64,000 nt of DNA from contig CAZGXN010000005.1 in the NCBI GenBank assembly GCA_964530135.1, positions 2,269 through 66,268 of the forward strand. The letters are read 5' to 3'. This DNA comes from an uncultured Bdellovibrionales bacterium. Lineage in GTDB: Bacteria; Patescibacteriota; Minisyncoccia; Moranbacterales; UBA1568. Positions 1 to 9,730 of this stretch are shown in pieces (the stretch's first letter is position 1; each line of letters begins with the position of its first letter). The position numbers and the translations under genes were made by a program. The notes below the pieces were generated by a model. It was not told the DNA's origin. It was given only the letters and a program-made list of their open reading frames with translations, and did not search any database.

Positions 1-1
1 T

Positions 2-1057
2 ACCCGGATCTATCCCCATCCAAACTCCGATCTCTTCGCACTCGCCAAAGAACAAACGAATGAGACCAGTGTCGTTCTCTACGACCGAAACACTCAGTCC
101 GGCCAAGAAGTATTTTCCCGAAGTGGAACAGCCTTTGACTTTGACACCGCCGAAAACTTCGAATGGTCCCCAAATGGTAAAAAAATCCTCATTCCTCTCA
201 TTGAAGACGGAAAGCACACTTACTACATCGTAACCGTCGCGGATGGAACTACCGAAAAGCTCTCCGACATCGTTCCAGGACTGACACCGACCAATGCCCG
301 TTGGAATGCGACAGGTGATGAAGAACTCATCTTCTTAGCGCAGTCCGGACTCTACCGATTCGATACGATACGCGCGCGGATCCCCATCCTGCTCGCTGAA
401 AACATTCAGGCATATGAGGTAACTGATGACTACATCTATACTGTGGATCAGGTATCGAGAACCATCTCACGATTTCGAAATATGAGCAGCGGAGAAAATC
501 GAACCGAAGTAGCAGTACTGCCCGAGGCTGAACTTGGAACAGATGCTTCTATCCTCGATGTATACGACGATGAACGAATCGCTCTCCTCGAAAAGGGTGG
601 GCAGAAACGCCTCTTCATCTATAATCAGACTCCCGAAAAAAATTATGGTCTCCAAGAAATTGCCACCGGGGTTGAACACTTTCAATTCTCAAACGATGGC
701 AAAAAGTTACTCTTCGCAAGTACCAATGAAATTGGTGTCTACTTCACCCGTACCTGGGATGTCCAACCCCGACGAATGGAAGATGAGACAATGCAGGTAG
801 CCCGATTTTCCGACCCCATCGCCAATATCGCCTGGAGTGAAGACTATGAGCATATTCTCTTTACGCATGGCACGACACTAAAAATCATGGAACTCGACGG
901 CCGGAGCGGTCGAATCAGCAATGATATAAAATCGTTTACTAAAATGCCGATCCAGATCGTGCCCGTCTTCGCTGAGAACCAACTCTATATCGTCGTCCCG
1001 GGCGAAGACATCCAGTCAATCGTCTTCCCCGAACCCCAGGGCCTCTTTGGGCAGTAG
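2..1057 (+). CDS. TolB-like periplasmic beta-propeller protein (PD40-type repeats), 5'-partial at window edge
   Basis: Frame is open from window start to the stop at 1057. Repeated WSPNGKKILIP / FSNDGKKLLFAS PD40-like motifs. The track ORF start at 443 is internal. Confidence 0.45.
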   Translation, partial: TRIYPHPNSDLFALAKEQTNETSVVLYDRNTQSGQEVFSRSGTAFDFDTAENFEWSPNGKKILIPLIEDGKHTYYIVTVADGTTEKLSDIVPGLTPTNARWNATGDEELIFLAQSGLYRFDTIRARIPILLAENIQAYEVTDDYIYTVDQVSRTISRFRNMSSGENRTEVAVLPEAELGTDASILDVYDDERIALLEKGGQKRLFIYNQTPEKNYGLQEIATGVEHFQFSNDGKKLLFASTNEIGVYFTRTWDVQPRRMEDETMQVARFSDPIANIAWSEDYEHILFTHGTTLKIMELDGRSGRISNDIKSFTKMPIQIVPVFAENQLYIVVPGEDIQSIVFPEPQGLFGQ

Positions 1058-1658
1058 TGGTGGTAGTCCCTCATCTTGTATCTTCACCATCTCCCATTAT
1101 TTATCCATGTGTGTGAGACTACTCAAAAATAAAAAGGTTATCTTTCTCGACGGAGACGGGACGCTATGGTATCCCAAGAAAACTAGGCGTCATATTGCTC
1201 CTCACTGGATATATAAAGATACAACTATTGGAGATGCATTTCTCAAACACATCATTCTCATTCCTTCTGTCTTGCAGACCCTCAAAATTTTAAAGCAGCG
1301 CGGCTACATTCTCATACTCATTTCTACTCACCCTCATACCAAGAAAGTTGCTGATGTCTTACTGAAGAACAAGGTGTACCACTTCAGACTCGAAAATCTC
1401 CTCGACGCATTCTATACATCGCGAGACTATCCCGAAGGAAAGGGTGAAAGAATGGCTGATATCTTAAAGAAACGAAATATTCCGAAATCCCGAGCCCTCA
1501 TGATTGGAGATAGTTACGCGTATGACTACATGTCCGCAAAAAAAGTTGGTATCGATTGTTTTCTGATAAATTCCGAGTATCTGAAGCCCGAGGGACGGCG
1601 TGTAAAGAGGCTAATTACTGATGTGAAAGATGTGCTTCCAATTCTCTCGGAGAAATAA
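1047..1658 (+). CDS. HAD-superfamily (IIIA-like) phosphatase
   Basis: HAD motif I FLDGDGTLW and motif IV MIGDSYAYD. The true start is probably the internal Met near 1107. Confidence 0.6.
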   Translation: MGSSGGSPSSCIFTISHYLSMCVRLLKNKKVIFLDGDGTLWYPKKTRRHIAPHWIYKDTTIGDAFLKHIILIPSVLQTLKILKQRGYILILISTHPHTKKVADVLLKNKVYHFRLENLLDAFYTSRDYPEGKGERMADILKKRNIPKSRALMIGDSYAYDYMSAKKVGIDCFLINSEYLKPEGRRVKRLITDVKDVLPILSEK

Positions 1659-1659
1659 T

Positions 1660-2193
1660 ATGTTAGGAAATCTACCATTCCGAAAATTTCTCGATAACAT
1701 CGTTTCAGAAGAGCGCGCTGAAAACTGGTGGCGGCCAGAACTCTTTGAGAAGTACACACGCCACCAGTTACCAAAAAGTTTGGTGATTCTAAAGAAGCCA
1801 CCTCAGGAAGAGAATAATTACAATTGTTTTATTTTTGCTTTTGATCTTCAAAAATATACGCCACTCCTTGGTCACAACGGCTGGGAATACTCAAAGAAAT
1901 TAGACACTGTTGTCGATGCACTGATAGAGGATACAACCCTTGAGAAGCTGCCTACTTTTCAACCAGGAGCCTTGATAGTCTATCGAACCACCGAAAGAAC
2001 AATCAGTCATGTCGGGCGAATAACCGCCGACGGAAAGGTCATATCAAAATGGTCATGGGGGCCACTCATCGAGCACGCTCTCTACGATGTCCCAGAAAGC
2101 TATGGCGATATCGTCGAGTACTATACGAATCTCACCAATGGTAAAGAGGCTATACTCAAAGATTTTTTAAAGCATCAATCTACAAAGTTATAA
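1660..2193 (+). CDS. hypothetical protein, possible Cys/His papain-like fold
   Basis: ORF with conserved-looking NCFIFAF (Cys) and ISHVGRI (His) segments. No confident family assignment. Confidence 0.3.
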   Translation: MLGNLPFRKFLDNIVSEERAENWWRPELFEKYTRHQLPKSLVILKKPPQEENNYNCFIFAFDLQKYTPLLGHNGWEYSKKLDTVVDALIEDTTLEKLPTFQPGALIVYRTTERTISHVGRITADGKVISKWSWGPLIEHALYDVPESYGDIVEYYTNLTNGKEAILKDFLKHQSTKL

Positions 2194-2216
2194 AAAACAC
2201 CCCTTTCGGGGTGCTT
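2192..2216. terminator. bidirectional rho-independent terminator hairpin (CACCCC-TTTC-GGGGTG)
   Basis: GC stem with A-run on the plus side, giving a T-run on the minus strand right after the rpsI stop region. Convergent gene ends on both sides. Confidence 0.5.
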
Positions 2217-2367
2217 GGATGTCGGTTGAATCCTACCGCTTAGCCCACTGGGGTCGCTTCGCTCCTTGAGAACGCCTCCGTTCTCAACATTCGAAGACTC
2301 ACTGCTCTCCGTCCGCGGGAAAACTCTATCCGTTTTCCCGACCCCTTTCACACCCCAACGGTCAAAA

Positions 2368-2829
2368 CTATCGTTTTGCCCATTGAGGAGCGCGACGGGC
2401 TTTCTTCAGTCCTGGCTTCTTGCGCTCGACAGAACGTGGGTCGCGTGTGAGTAATTTTTCTGCCTTCAACGCGGGACGAACGAGCGCATCATGTTCGACG
2501 AGCGCACGAGCGATGCCGAGCTTCACGGCATCAGCCTGGCCAGAGAGTCCGCCGCCTGAGACGAGAACGGAGATCTTGATCGCCTCAGTCTTACCGACAA
2601 CCTTCAGCGGAGCAATAACCGCTTCACACTGTTCAAAGGTATTGAAGTACTCGGTATATGGACGGTTGTTCACAACGATCTCGAGTGTCTCTGCTTTGGC
2701 ATCAGCATAATAACGAATCTGCGCCACTGCCGTCTTGCGACGACCGACGGCATAGACATAACGACCCGTTGCCTCAAGGGGTTTTCGAGTTGTTTCTTTC
2801 ACGGTAGTTTTTTTGGTCGTAGTCGCCAT
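2368..2829 (-). CDS. rpsI: 30S ribosomal protein S9
   Basis: C-terminal GLKKARRAPQWAKR and GGGLSGQADAVKLGIARAL signature. Confidence 0.95.
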   Translation of the reverse strand: MATTTKKTTVKETTRKPLEATGRYVYAVGRRKTAVAQIRYYADAKAETLEIVVNNRPYTEYFNTFEQCEAVIAPLKVVGKTEAIKISVLVSGGGLSGQADAVKLGIARALVEHDALVRPALKAEKLLTRDPRSVERKKPGLKKARRAPQWAKR

Positions 2830-2843
2830 AACAAGTGTAGGGG

Positions 2844-3272
2844 TTAGTGAGTCACATCAATTTTCCGATTACCGTATTCGCCATCCTTGAAAAGCCGGAG
2901 TCGGGTCAGCATCTTGGCACGCAACGAGTTCTTCGGCAACATACCATACACCGCTTGCCAAATGAGCTTGGTCGAATCTTTTTCCCGCTGGTCCTTAAAT
3001 GAAATTGATGTGATACCACCCGGATAGCCTGAGAAACGATGGTACATCTTATCCTGACGCTTGTTACCCGTTACTTCGATACCATCTGTATGAGTTACGA
3101 TAACAATATCACCCGCGTCGATATGTGGCGCATAAGTGGTCTTCCCCTTCCCTGAAAGCACTTTGGCGATCGCGGTTGCGAGGCGGCCAAGGACCTGTCC
3201 CTGCGCATCAAACAAGTGTGTCGCACGGACAACCCCTTTCCTCTCTTTTGTTCTAGTGACCGTATTCTTCAT
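2844..3272 (-). CDS. rplM: 50S ribosomal protein L13
   Basis: MKNTVTRTKERKGVVRATHLFDAQGQVLGRLAT...VTGNKRQDKMYHRFSGYPGG matches L13. Start trimmed to the internal ATG at 3272; the track ORF N-extension is not L13-like. Confidence 0.93.
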   Translation of the reverse strand: MKNTVTRTKERKGVVRATHLFDAQGQVLGRLATAIAKVLSGKGKTTYAPHIDAGDIVIVTHTDGIEVTGNKRQDKMYHRFSGYPGGITSISFKDQREKDSTKLIWQAVYGMLPKNSLRAKMLTRLRLFKDGEYGNRKIDVTH

Positions 3273-3279
3273 AAGACAT

Positions 3280-3645
3280 TTAGACAAATTCGATAACGGC
3301 CATCTCAGCACCATCCCCCTGTCGACGCTCCAACTTTGTAATTCGAGTATATCCACTCTCGCGAGTCTCAAAGCGCTTGACGAAGTCACTCGAGATCTTC
3401 ATCGTTGCTTCCAGAGAAAGTCGCTGACGAAGGAGCCGGAGCTCCGCCTGGCGCCGATCTTTGTTTGCGGCCGCACGCTTACCTTTGTTCACGAGCTGAT
3501 CAATATGATTCTTGATTTCACGCGCCTTCGCGAGGGTCGTTGTGATCTTTTCACGCATGATAAGACTCCCCATGATAGTTTTCATAAGCGCGCGACGGGG
3601 ACCCGCCTTTCGACTCAAGATTCGACCTTTATTCCGGTGCTGCAT
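3280..3645 (-). CDS. rplQ: 50S ribosomal protein L17
   Basis: MQHRNKGRILSRKAGPRRALMKTIMGSLIMREKITTTLAKAREI is L17-like. Confidence 0.93.
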   Translation of the reverse strand: MQHRNKGRILSRKAGPRRALMKTIMGSLIMREKITTTLAKAREIKNHIDQLVNKGKRAAANKDRRQAELRLLRQRLSLEATMKISSDFVKRFETRESGYTRITKLERRQGDGAEMAVIEFV

Positions 3646-3672
3646 ATCCGTGAATTACTAGCGCTAGTCCGA

Positions 3673-4455
3673 TTACTCCTTCTCCTCTTCTTGTGCTGAT
3701 TCTTTTTTCACTTTCTTGGTAGATTTCTTCTCTTTTTCTTCGGATACAGCTTCTCCCCCATCAACCAACGCTCCCTCTGCCGAGAGAACTGAGAACTGGG
3801 AAACGAGAATAGCCACCGCTTGATTAAATGCTTCAACTGGAGTCAAGGTGCCGTCTGTTACGATCTCAAGGGTAATCTTGTCGTAATCTGTCCGCTTCCC
3901 GACCCGCATGTTTTCGACTTCATAATTGACACGCTTGATCGGCGTATAGATCGCATCGATTGCAATTTCACCGATTTCACGCTCCTCTTCCTCACGAGCC
4001 TCAACAGGTATATACCCTAACCCACGGTCGATAACGATGTCCATTTCGAACTCTGCCTTCTTATCAGTGAGCGTCGCTATGACTTGATCCGGATTTACCA
4101 CCTCGACTGAGCTCGGACACTTGATAGCCGCTGCGGTGACCACTCCTTCACCCTTAGATTTGAGTGTTACAGTAACAGCCTCGTCCGAGTGTGAGCGAAA
4201 ACGAACCTGCTTCATATTGAGGATAATCTGAACAACATCCTCCATGACACCCGGGATAGTTGAAAATTCATGTGAAACGCCCTTGAGTTTGACGGAACGC
4301 GCAGCTGCGCCAGGTAGAGAAGACAAAAGAACGCGACGGAGAGCATTCCCCAAAGTTGCTCCATAGCCCGGATAGCACCCGCCAATTTCAAGCTTACCGT
4401 GATTGACACCCAGAGGGGTGTACTGTGGCTGTTGTGGTGCAGTGATGTTTTGCAT
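3673..4455 (-). CDS. rpoA: DNA-directed RNA polymerase alpha subunit, N-terminal domain only, with a Lys/Glu-rich tail
   Basis: GYGATLGNALRRVLLSSLPGAA alpha-NTD signature. Only 260 aa, ending in EEKEKKSTKKVKKESAQEEEKE rather than an alpha-CTD. Confidence 0.88.
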   Translation of the reverse strand: MQNITAPQQPQYTPLGVNHGKLEIGGCYPGYGATLGNALRRVLLSSLPGAAARSVKLKGVSHEFSTIPGVMEDVVQIILNMKQVRFRSHSDEAVTVTLKSKGEGVVTAAAIKCPSSVEVVNPDQVIATLTDKKAEFEMDIVIDRGLGYIPVEAREEEEREIGEIAIDAIYTPIKRVNYEVENMRVGKRTDYDKITLEIVTDGTLTPVEAFNQAVAILVSQFSVLSAEGALVDGGEAVSEEKEKKSTKKVKKESAQEEEKE

Positions 4456-4498
4456 ATATTATGGTGTCTGCCTGAGGCGGACAAATTACCAGTTGAAA

Positions 4499-5131
4499 TT
4501 ATTTCGAATAGTACTCAACAACCATTTGCGCGTCGACGGAAATACCCACATCTTCACGCGATGGGAGCGCGAGCATCTTACCCTCAAGTTTCTCAGCATC
4601 GAGGGCGAGCCAATGCGGCACATCGTTCTTGTTCTTCAAAATTTCCATCCGGTTCTTGATCACAGCCTTTTCCTCTTTACTCGCCTTCAGGACAATCACA
4701 TCTCCGATTTTAACTTCATACGACGAGATATTCATCCGCTTTCCATTCACTGTAAAGAACTTGTGGCTGACGAGCTGGCGGGCGGAGATACGCGACGGAG
4801 CAAAACCGAGACGGTACACGACATTATCCAATCGGCACTCGAGACGCTGCAAGAGTAGGTCTCCTGTAGCTCCTGGACGCAAACGGCTCTCCTCAAAGTG
4901 ATGCCGGAATTGCCGCTCCATCACGCCGTACAGGTGCTTTATTTTCTGCTTCATCGAAAGCTGACGACCGAATTCACTACGACCACGAGATGGATTGTGT
5001 CCATGAATACCTGGTGCATATGGCCGACGAACCATTGCACATTTTGGAGAAAGACAACGATCACCCTTCAAAAAGAGTTTTTCGCCGGCCCGCCGACAGA
5101 GTTTACATTTGGAATCGAGGTTGTTGGCCAT
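4499..5131 (-). CDS. rpsD: 30S ribosomal protein S4
   Basis: N-terminal Cys-rich segment CKLCRRAGEKLFLKGDRCLSPKC and S4 core similarity. Confidence 0.93.
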   Translation of the reverse strand: MANNLDSKCKLCRRAGEKLFLKGDRCLSPKCAMVRRPYAPGIHGHNPSRGRSEFGRQLSMKQKIKHLYGVMERQFRHHFEESRLRPGATGDLLLQRLECRLDNVVYRLGFAPSRISARQLVSHKFFTVNGKRMNISSYEVKIGDVIVLKASKEEKAVIKNRMEILKNKNDVPHWLALDAEKLEGKMLALPSREDVGISVDAQMVVEYYSK

Positions 5132-5146
5132 AACGTTGCGAGGAAG

Positions 5147-5587
5147 TTAGATACGACGAGGACGACGAGGACGACAGCCATTGTGCGGGATCGGAGTGAT
5201 ATCTTTGATGGATGTGAGATTGAAACCATTGTTTGCGAGAGCTCGAATCGAGGCCTCTCGACCCTGACCCACACCTTTCACAAATACTTCGAGATCTTGA
5301 AGTCCGTATTTCTTCACTTTTTCAGAAACCTCCGCAACAACCTGAGTCGCTGCATATGGAGTTGATTTTTTAGCACCTTTGAAACCAAGATGCCCCGAGC
5401 TCGACCAGGCCAACACGCCGCCATTCATATCTGCGAGCGTTACAATCGTATTATTATAAGTACACTGAATACTGGCGCGACCAACCTGAACCAAACGCTT
5501 TACTTTTTTGGTGCGCTTTTTGGTATCCGCCTCTTCGGCCACTGGCGCTACCACCTCTACTTCCTCGGTTGTCAGCTCTTCTGCCAT
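5147..5587 (-). CDS. rpsK: 30S ribosomal protein S11
   Basis: GRASIQCTYNNTIVTLADMNGGVLAWSSSG and later conserved S11 blocks. Confidence 0.95.
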   Translation of the reverse strand: MAEELTTEEVEVVAPVAEEADTKKRTKKVKRLVQVGRASIQCTYNNTIVTLADMNGGVLAWSSSGHLGFKGAKKSTPYAATQVVAEVSEKVKKYGLQDLEVFVKGVGQGREASIRALANNGFNLTSIKDITPIPHNGCRPRRPRRI

Positions 5588-5595
5588 AGGATTCC

Positions 5596-5985
5596 TTATG
5601 TCTTGCTATCGGATTTCTTACGACCACTGCCCATCGTCTTTCTCACATTACCACGGACCGTCCGTGTGTTTGTTTTGGTACGCTGACCACGCACTGGCAA
5701 GCTCTTGGCATGACGGATACCGCGATACGATCCGATTTCCTTGAGCCGTTTGATGTTCATCTTTACCTGATGCCGAAGTTCACCTTCAACACGGTGTCCT
5801 TTTTCGATTGTTTCGCGCAAACGGTTGGCATCTTTCTCAGAAAGGTCTTTTGTCCGGATATCCCGATCAATGTTCAAAGACTCGAGGATCTTGCGGCTCG
5901 CTGGACGGCCGATGCCATAGATATAGGTCAACGCGATTTCGACGCGCTTGTTATCAGGCAAGTTGATACTGGCAATACGGAGCAT
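5596..5985 (-). CDS. rpsM: 30S ribosomal protein S13
   Basis: [26 protein letters not shown] typical S13 N-terminus. Confidence 0.95.
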   Translation of the reverse strand: MLRIASINLPDNKRVEIALTYIYGIGRPASRKILESLNIDRDIRTKDLSEKDANRLRETIEKGHRVEGELRHQVKMNIKRLKEIGSYRGIRHAKSLPVRGQRTKTNTRTVRGNVRKTMGSGRKKSDSKT

Positions 5986-5991
5986 AGGCTT

Positions 5992-6105
5992 TTATCCTTG
6001 ACGCTGTTTGTGCTTGGGGGTCTTGCAAATCACATGGACGACGCGATGGCGACGCACAATTTTGCAGTGAGCACAGATCTTTTTTACGGAAGCGCGGACT
6101 TTCAT
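5992..6105 (-). CDS. rpmJ: 50S ribosomal protein L36 (37 aa, not in ORF track)
   Basis: Manual translation of the minus strand gives [37 protein letters not shown], an L36 zinc-ribbon signature, in the expected infA-rpmJ-rpsM position. Confidence 0.85.
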   Translation of the reverse strand: MKVRASVKKICAHCKIVRRHRVVHVICKTPKHKQRQG

Positions 6106-6113
6106 AGCTTATT

Positions 6114-6338
6114 TTAGACTTTCAAACGCTGAACGATTCGTCCTTTGGTTAAGTCGTAGGGACTCATATCGACGATCACCCGATCTCCCGGAAGCAAACG
6201 GATATAATGCACCCGCATCTTTCCAGAAATGTGAGCCAACACCTCATGTCCATTGTCAAGACGGACTTTGAAGGTAGTGCTTGGAAGAGACTCGATCACC
6301 TCTCCCTCGAAACGAATAAGTTCTTTGTTATTTCCCAT
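6114..6338 (-). CDS. infA: translation initiation factor IF-1
   Basis: [39 protein letters not shown]1-like IF-1 sequence. Start trimmed to MGNNKE. Confidence 0.9.
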   Translation of the reverse strand: MGNNKELIRFEGEVIESLPSTTFKVRLDNGHEVLAHISGKMRVHYIRLLPGDRVIVDMSPYDLTKGRIVQRLKV

Positions 6339-6581
6339 ATATTGCACCGGCTCTGGCGAGAGAATACTTTGCCAAAACAAAAAGAGAGTCATGCGTATAA
6401 TTCGTGCGTTCCTCAGTCTTGCATCGCGCCAGTATACCCTCTCTCACGAGATCCGTATGCACTTTTCAAATGTGCTCACAGTGTACTGGAAAGCCGAAAT
6501 GTTGTCAACAAACCGAATACTTGACTCCATCAAGACAATTCTGGGAGTCATTTTTATTGTCAGAAAATTCCTATTTTTGGC

Positions 6582-7298
6582 TTATTTACCATACCGCCGC
6601 TCCCGACCTTGATACTCTTCGATTGCGCGACGAAACCCTGCTGCATCAAAGTCCGGAAAGTCACAATTCGGAAAATAGAGTTGAGCATCTTTGGTCTCCC
6701 ACATCATAAACCCAGCGGACAAATGCGGATCATCTCCGGTTCGGATGAGAAGGTCCACTGACGGAATATCCGCTGTCGACAAATGACGCTTGATCACTTT
6801 CTCCGTTACCATACCTGGAGCAAGCCCTTCTCCTGCAATCCGTCGGACCGCCTGGAGCATATCATCATCCCCACTATAGGCGAGAAAAAAATTCAGAAAG
6901 TATTGATCGTGTTCGCGAGTGGCTTCGATCCCTTGTTTCAAAATAGTTTTCAAACTATCAGGAAATTGCTCTTCCCATCGACCGATACAGCGAATCCGCA
7001 CCCTATCTCGAAACACATCTTGATCTGCCATGAGCTTTTCAAAATAAGTCGCATAAATTCGAAGGAGTTCTTGTTTCTCTCGCAGAGGTCTCCGAACGAG
7101 ATTTTCTATCGATGAGCCCCAAAAAGAGAGTTCTTGAATTCCCATCCGTCGCGCCTCACGCACAATCTCTTCAAATCGCTCAGCTCCGGCCTGATGCCCC
7201 TCCCATGGCTCCTGGCCATGTTCCTTCGCCCAACGGCGATTGCCGTCCGGAATGATCGCCACATGACGGGGAAGAAATTTTTGGTTGAGTTCGGTCAT
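6582..7298 (-). CDS. uppS: undecaprenyl diphosphate synthase (cis-prenyltransferase)
   Basis: HVAIIPDGNRRWAKEHG signature. Start trimmed to MTELNQ so it does not overlap the upstream gene. Confidence 0.9.
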   Translation of the reverse strand: MTELNQKFLPRHVAIIPDGNRRWAKEHGQEPWEGHQAGAERFEEIVREARRMGIQELSFWGSSIENLVRRPLREKQELLRIYATYFEKLMADQDVFRDRVRIRCIGRWEEQFPDSLKTILKQGIEATREHDQYFLNFFLAYSGDDDMLQAVRRIAGEGLAPGMVTEKVIKRHLSTADIPSVDLLIRTGDDPHLSAGFMMWETKDAQLYFPNCDFPDFDAAGFRRAIEEYQGRERRYGK

Positions 7299-7314
7299 AC
7301 AAAGAATTCTGGCA

Positions 7315-8400
7315 TCAATATTCGCGTTTGGCCATATAGTCAGCCACTCCCTCGAGAAAAGCGCGGGATTCGGGATGAATAGGGATTTGCATTTCATTCA
7401 AGGCCTGTTTGCCTTCCTCAATGTAGCGGAGGGCTAGATCCTTGGCTGCCTGCAATGACCCTGTTTCACGGAGAATTTCACGGAAACGGTTGATATCTGT
7501 GTGGGTGAGATGCATACCTCGCTTGAGGAGTTGATCAAGCTCTTTTTTAATGGTTCGATCAGCATGCTCAAAGACATATGCAACCAAAAGTGTAATCTTG
7601 CCCTCACGAATATCAGAACCGATTGGTTTCCCGATACGCTCCTCATCTCCGTAGATACCCAAGATATCATCCTGGATTTGGAAGGCGATACCCAGCGGAA
7701 GCGCATAACGAGACATCTCCGTTGCAAGTTCTGGTGTACCACCCGCGAGCAAGCTTCCAAGATGCAGTGGCCCTTCAACGGTATATCGCGCTGTTTTCTT
7801 CTCGTACATCGAGAGAATTTCCTCACTTGTGGCTTCGCCCTTGTATTCGATATAGATATCGCGGGCCTGCCCCACAACAGTATGAGAAACTATTTTCTGC
7901 ATCCGAGATAAGGCGGCGTAAACATTTTTTTCAGGGAAACCGGACTGAAAAATAATATCGTTGCCAAGTGCAAAGACCATATCCCCAACAATAAGTGCAA
8001 TGGAGTCACCAAAGTGATCGGCATTCGAGAGAAACAGATACTTCCGTCCCCAGGCCCGATAGCGTTCATGCAGCGTCGGTTCGCCATGACGGAGAGTATC
8101 CCGATCGATAATGTCGTCATGTATGAGGAGAAACATATGGATAAGCTCCACCGCCACGGCTGTGCTCATCAGTCGCTCTCGGTCGGTGCCGCCCGCTGCC
8201 AAGTAACCATAATACATAAACGCCGGCCGGAGGCGTTTTCCACCAGCCAGAGTCATTGCCTTCACATGTTTCAGCGCATCATAGACAAGTGCGTCTTCCC
8301 GCTTTGCTTCTTCGAGAGCATCGTCAAAATACGCTGCGATTTTTGGGTCAATCTGCGCTTTGAAGGCTTGTAATGTGGCCGGAATATCCATGTGCTTCAT
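7315..8400 (-). CDS. trans-polyprenyl diphosphate synthase (IspA/IspB family)
   Basis: FARM motif LLIHDDIIDRD and SARM motif FQIQDDILG. Chain-length specificity is not determinable from sequence. Confidence 0.85.
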   Translation of the reverse strand: MKHMDIPATLQAFKAQIDPKIAAYFDDALEEAKREDALVYDALKHVKAMTLAGGKRLRPAFMYYGYLAAGGTDRERLMSTAVAVELIHMFLLIHDDIIDRDTLRHGEPTLHERYRAWGRKYLFLSNADHFGDSIALIVGDMVFALGNDIIFQSGFPEKNVYAALSRMQKIVSHTVVGQARDIYIEYKGEATSEEILSMYEKKTARYTVEGPLHLGSLLAGGTPELATEMSRYALPLGIAFQIQDDILGIYGDEERIGKPIGSDIREGKITLLVAYVFEHADRTIKKELDQLLKRGMHLTHTDINRFREILRETGSLQAAKDLALRYIEEGKQALNEMQIPIHPESRAFLEGVADYMAKREY

Positions 8401-8546
8401 TAGGAAACATGCTCGTAATTGTAATACCAATTCAGTCTGGTTTCAAGTATCACCATCCGGTCGGAGTGTATACCGGTGCATTTTGCGAAAAGCGTTCTTC
8501 ATGATGCCTGAAACACTCATGATACATGGTATCACCAGTCATTCCA

Positions 8547-9278
8547 TTATTTTTCCGGAAACACAAAGTAATCACGATAGCGCTCATAAAGAGCAAGTGT
8601 CGCGACGAGATCACGGGCATTGTATCGGGCGATCTCCTTAAACTTTCCCTCCTTGAAAAGTCCGCGCACATCGTCTCCGGTCACGCCCTGCGCCTTGGGA
8701 CTCTCGATACCGAACGCACGAGTCCAGAGATGCAAACTCCCCTTGCGACGCAATGCACCATAAAACGACAGTTGATCGAGCAGATCGATATGCTTTGCGT
8801 TCCATGGTTGATAGTTCAGATATCGATTGGCCAGCAAATTTTTTGATGGCTTCACGCCCTGGATAGCCGAACGTACCACAAGAAAGGGCACATCAAACTG
8901 GCGACCATTGAAGGTAACGAAGGTATCATACTTGGTCGCGATGTCCCAAAATTTCTCGAGCATCGCTTTTTCTGAGAGTGCCTCAAATTTGCAGTTCTCC
9001 TCCTCGAAATCCGTATCGCTCGCATCCGCCGGTTGGTAGTAGACGGCCGACTTCTGCCGCTCCGCATCGAGAACCCCGATAGCGACGATCTGTCCGGTCA
9101 AGGGCGAAAACCCGAGACCATCCTCCAGATCCTTCAACGCCGTCTGATATTCGTCCTCACTACCACTCTCCCGCTTGATCCAACGGGTCAACGACTCCTT
9201 GGTCGTCTCATCAAGCGCCGAGAAATCCTCGCCGACTGTCTCGATATCAAAAATAAGTGTGGGCATATGTATCGCCAA
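8547..9278 (-). CDS. predicted 3'-5' exonuclease, RNase H-like, related to the PolB exonuclease domain (YprB-like)
   Basis: Exo I motif LIFDIETVG and a downstream FNGRQFDVPFL block typical of the PolB-exo-like family. Confidence 0.55.
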   Translation of the reverse strand: MAIHMPTLIFDIETVGEDFSALDETTKESLTRWIKRESGSEDEYQTALKDLEDGLGFSPLTGQIVAIGVLDAERQKSAVYYQPADASDTDFEEENCKFEALSEKAMLEKFWDIATKYDTFVTFNGRQFDVPFLVVRSAIQGVKPSKNLLANRYLNYQPWNAKHIDLLDQLSFYGALRRKGSLHLWTRAFGIESPKAQGVTGDDVRGLFKEGKFKEIARYNARDLVATLALYERYRDYFVFPEK

Positions 9279-9346
9279 AGAAGTTTCATACCGCCTTCGC
9301 TTGAAGCCTCACGCCAGCCCGTTCAATTCTCTTAGAATATCACAAA

Positions 9347-9381
9347 ACGAAAGGACCCCAGAAAAATGTAGGGTCCTTTGG
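9347..9381 (-). terminator. hairpin (AAAGGACCC / GGGTCCTTT) followed on the minus strand by a T-rich tract
   Basis: 9-bp GC-containing stem. Downstream minus-strand sequence is TTTCGTTTTGTG. Lies between tRNA-Glu and the exonuclease gene start. Confidence 0.4.
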
Positions 9382-9387
9382 TCTGGC

Positions 9388-9405
9388 AGTAGCCCCAAGG
9401 GGAAT
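9388..9405. repeat. 18-bp direct repeat of the tRNA-Glu 3' end (AGTAGCCCCAAGGGGAAT); second copy at 9582-9599
   Basis: Exact 18-bp match to the acceptor/T-arm end of tRNA-Glu, about 195 bp downstream of the tRNA 3' end. Confidence 0.5.
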
Positions 9406-9583
9406 TCCGCCTCGCTGTCTGCTGACAGCTTCGTTGCCCTGGGCAGCGCTGAATGTTCACTCGCCCACATTCATCGACACTCGCTTATCTCGCCTTCGCT
9501 CGATGCTCGCACCTGCCCGTTCGACTCCCCTTGGTATAAAAAAGAAAAAACCCACACAAACATGAAGGTTTATTCTTTGCTAG

Positions 9584-9655
9584 TAGCCCCAAGGGGAATC
9601 GAACCCCTGTTTCTTGGATGAGAACCAAGTGTCCTAGCCGCTAGACGATGGGGCC
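9584..9655 (-). tRNA. tRNA-Glu (anticodon CTC), no encoded CCA
   Basis: Hand-folded cloverleaf: acceptor GGCCCCA/TGGGGCT, D-arm GTCTAGCGGCTAGGAC, anticodon loop TTCTCAT, T-arm AGGGGTTCGATTCCCCT. Confidence 0.8.
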
Positions 9656-9730
9656 ATACTACGCTAAAGCTTCGTAATGGCAGGCCGTCTTTCGTCCGTT
9701 GAAACGGACTACGGAACGGCAGAGCCATTC

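Noticed and set aside
443-1057. Treating 443 as the start of the first gene
   Set aside because: The same frame is open back to the window edge, with PD40-like repeats upstream. The Met at 443 is internal, so the gene is reported as 5'-partial from position 2.
4403-4858. Plus-strand 151-aa ORF (and several other 60-190 aa ORFs at 3136-5744) overlapping rpoA/rpsD/rpsK
   Set aside because: These are antisense to unambiguous ribosomal protein and rpoA genes and are typical shadow ORFs.
9384-9410. A possible additional tRNA gene at the first copy of AGTAGCCCCAAGGGGAAT
   Set aside because: Only 18 bp match the tRNA-Glu 3' end. The flanking sequence cannot fold into a cloverleaf, so it is reported as a direct repeat or scar, not a tRNA.
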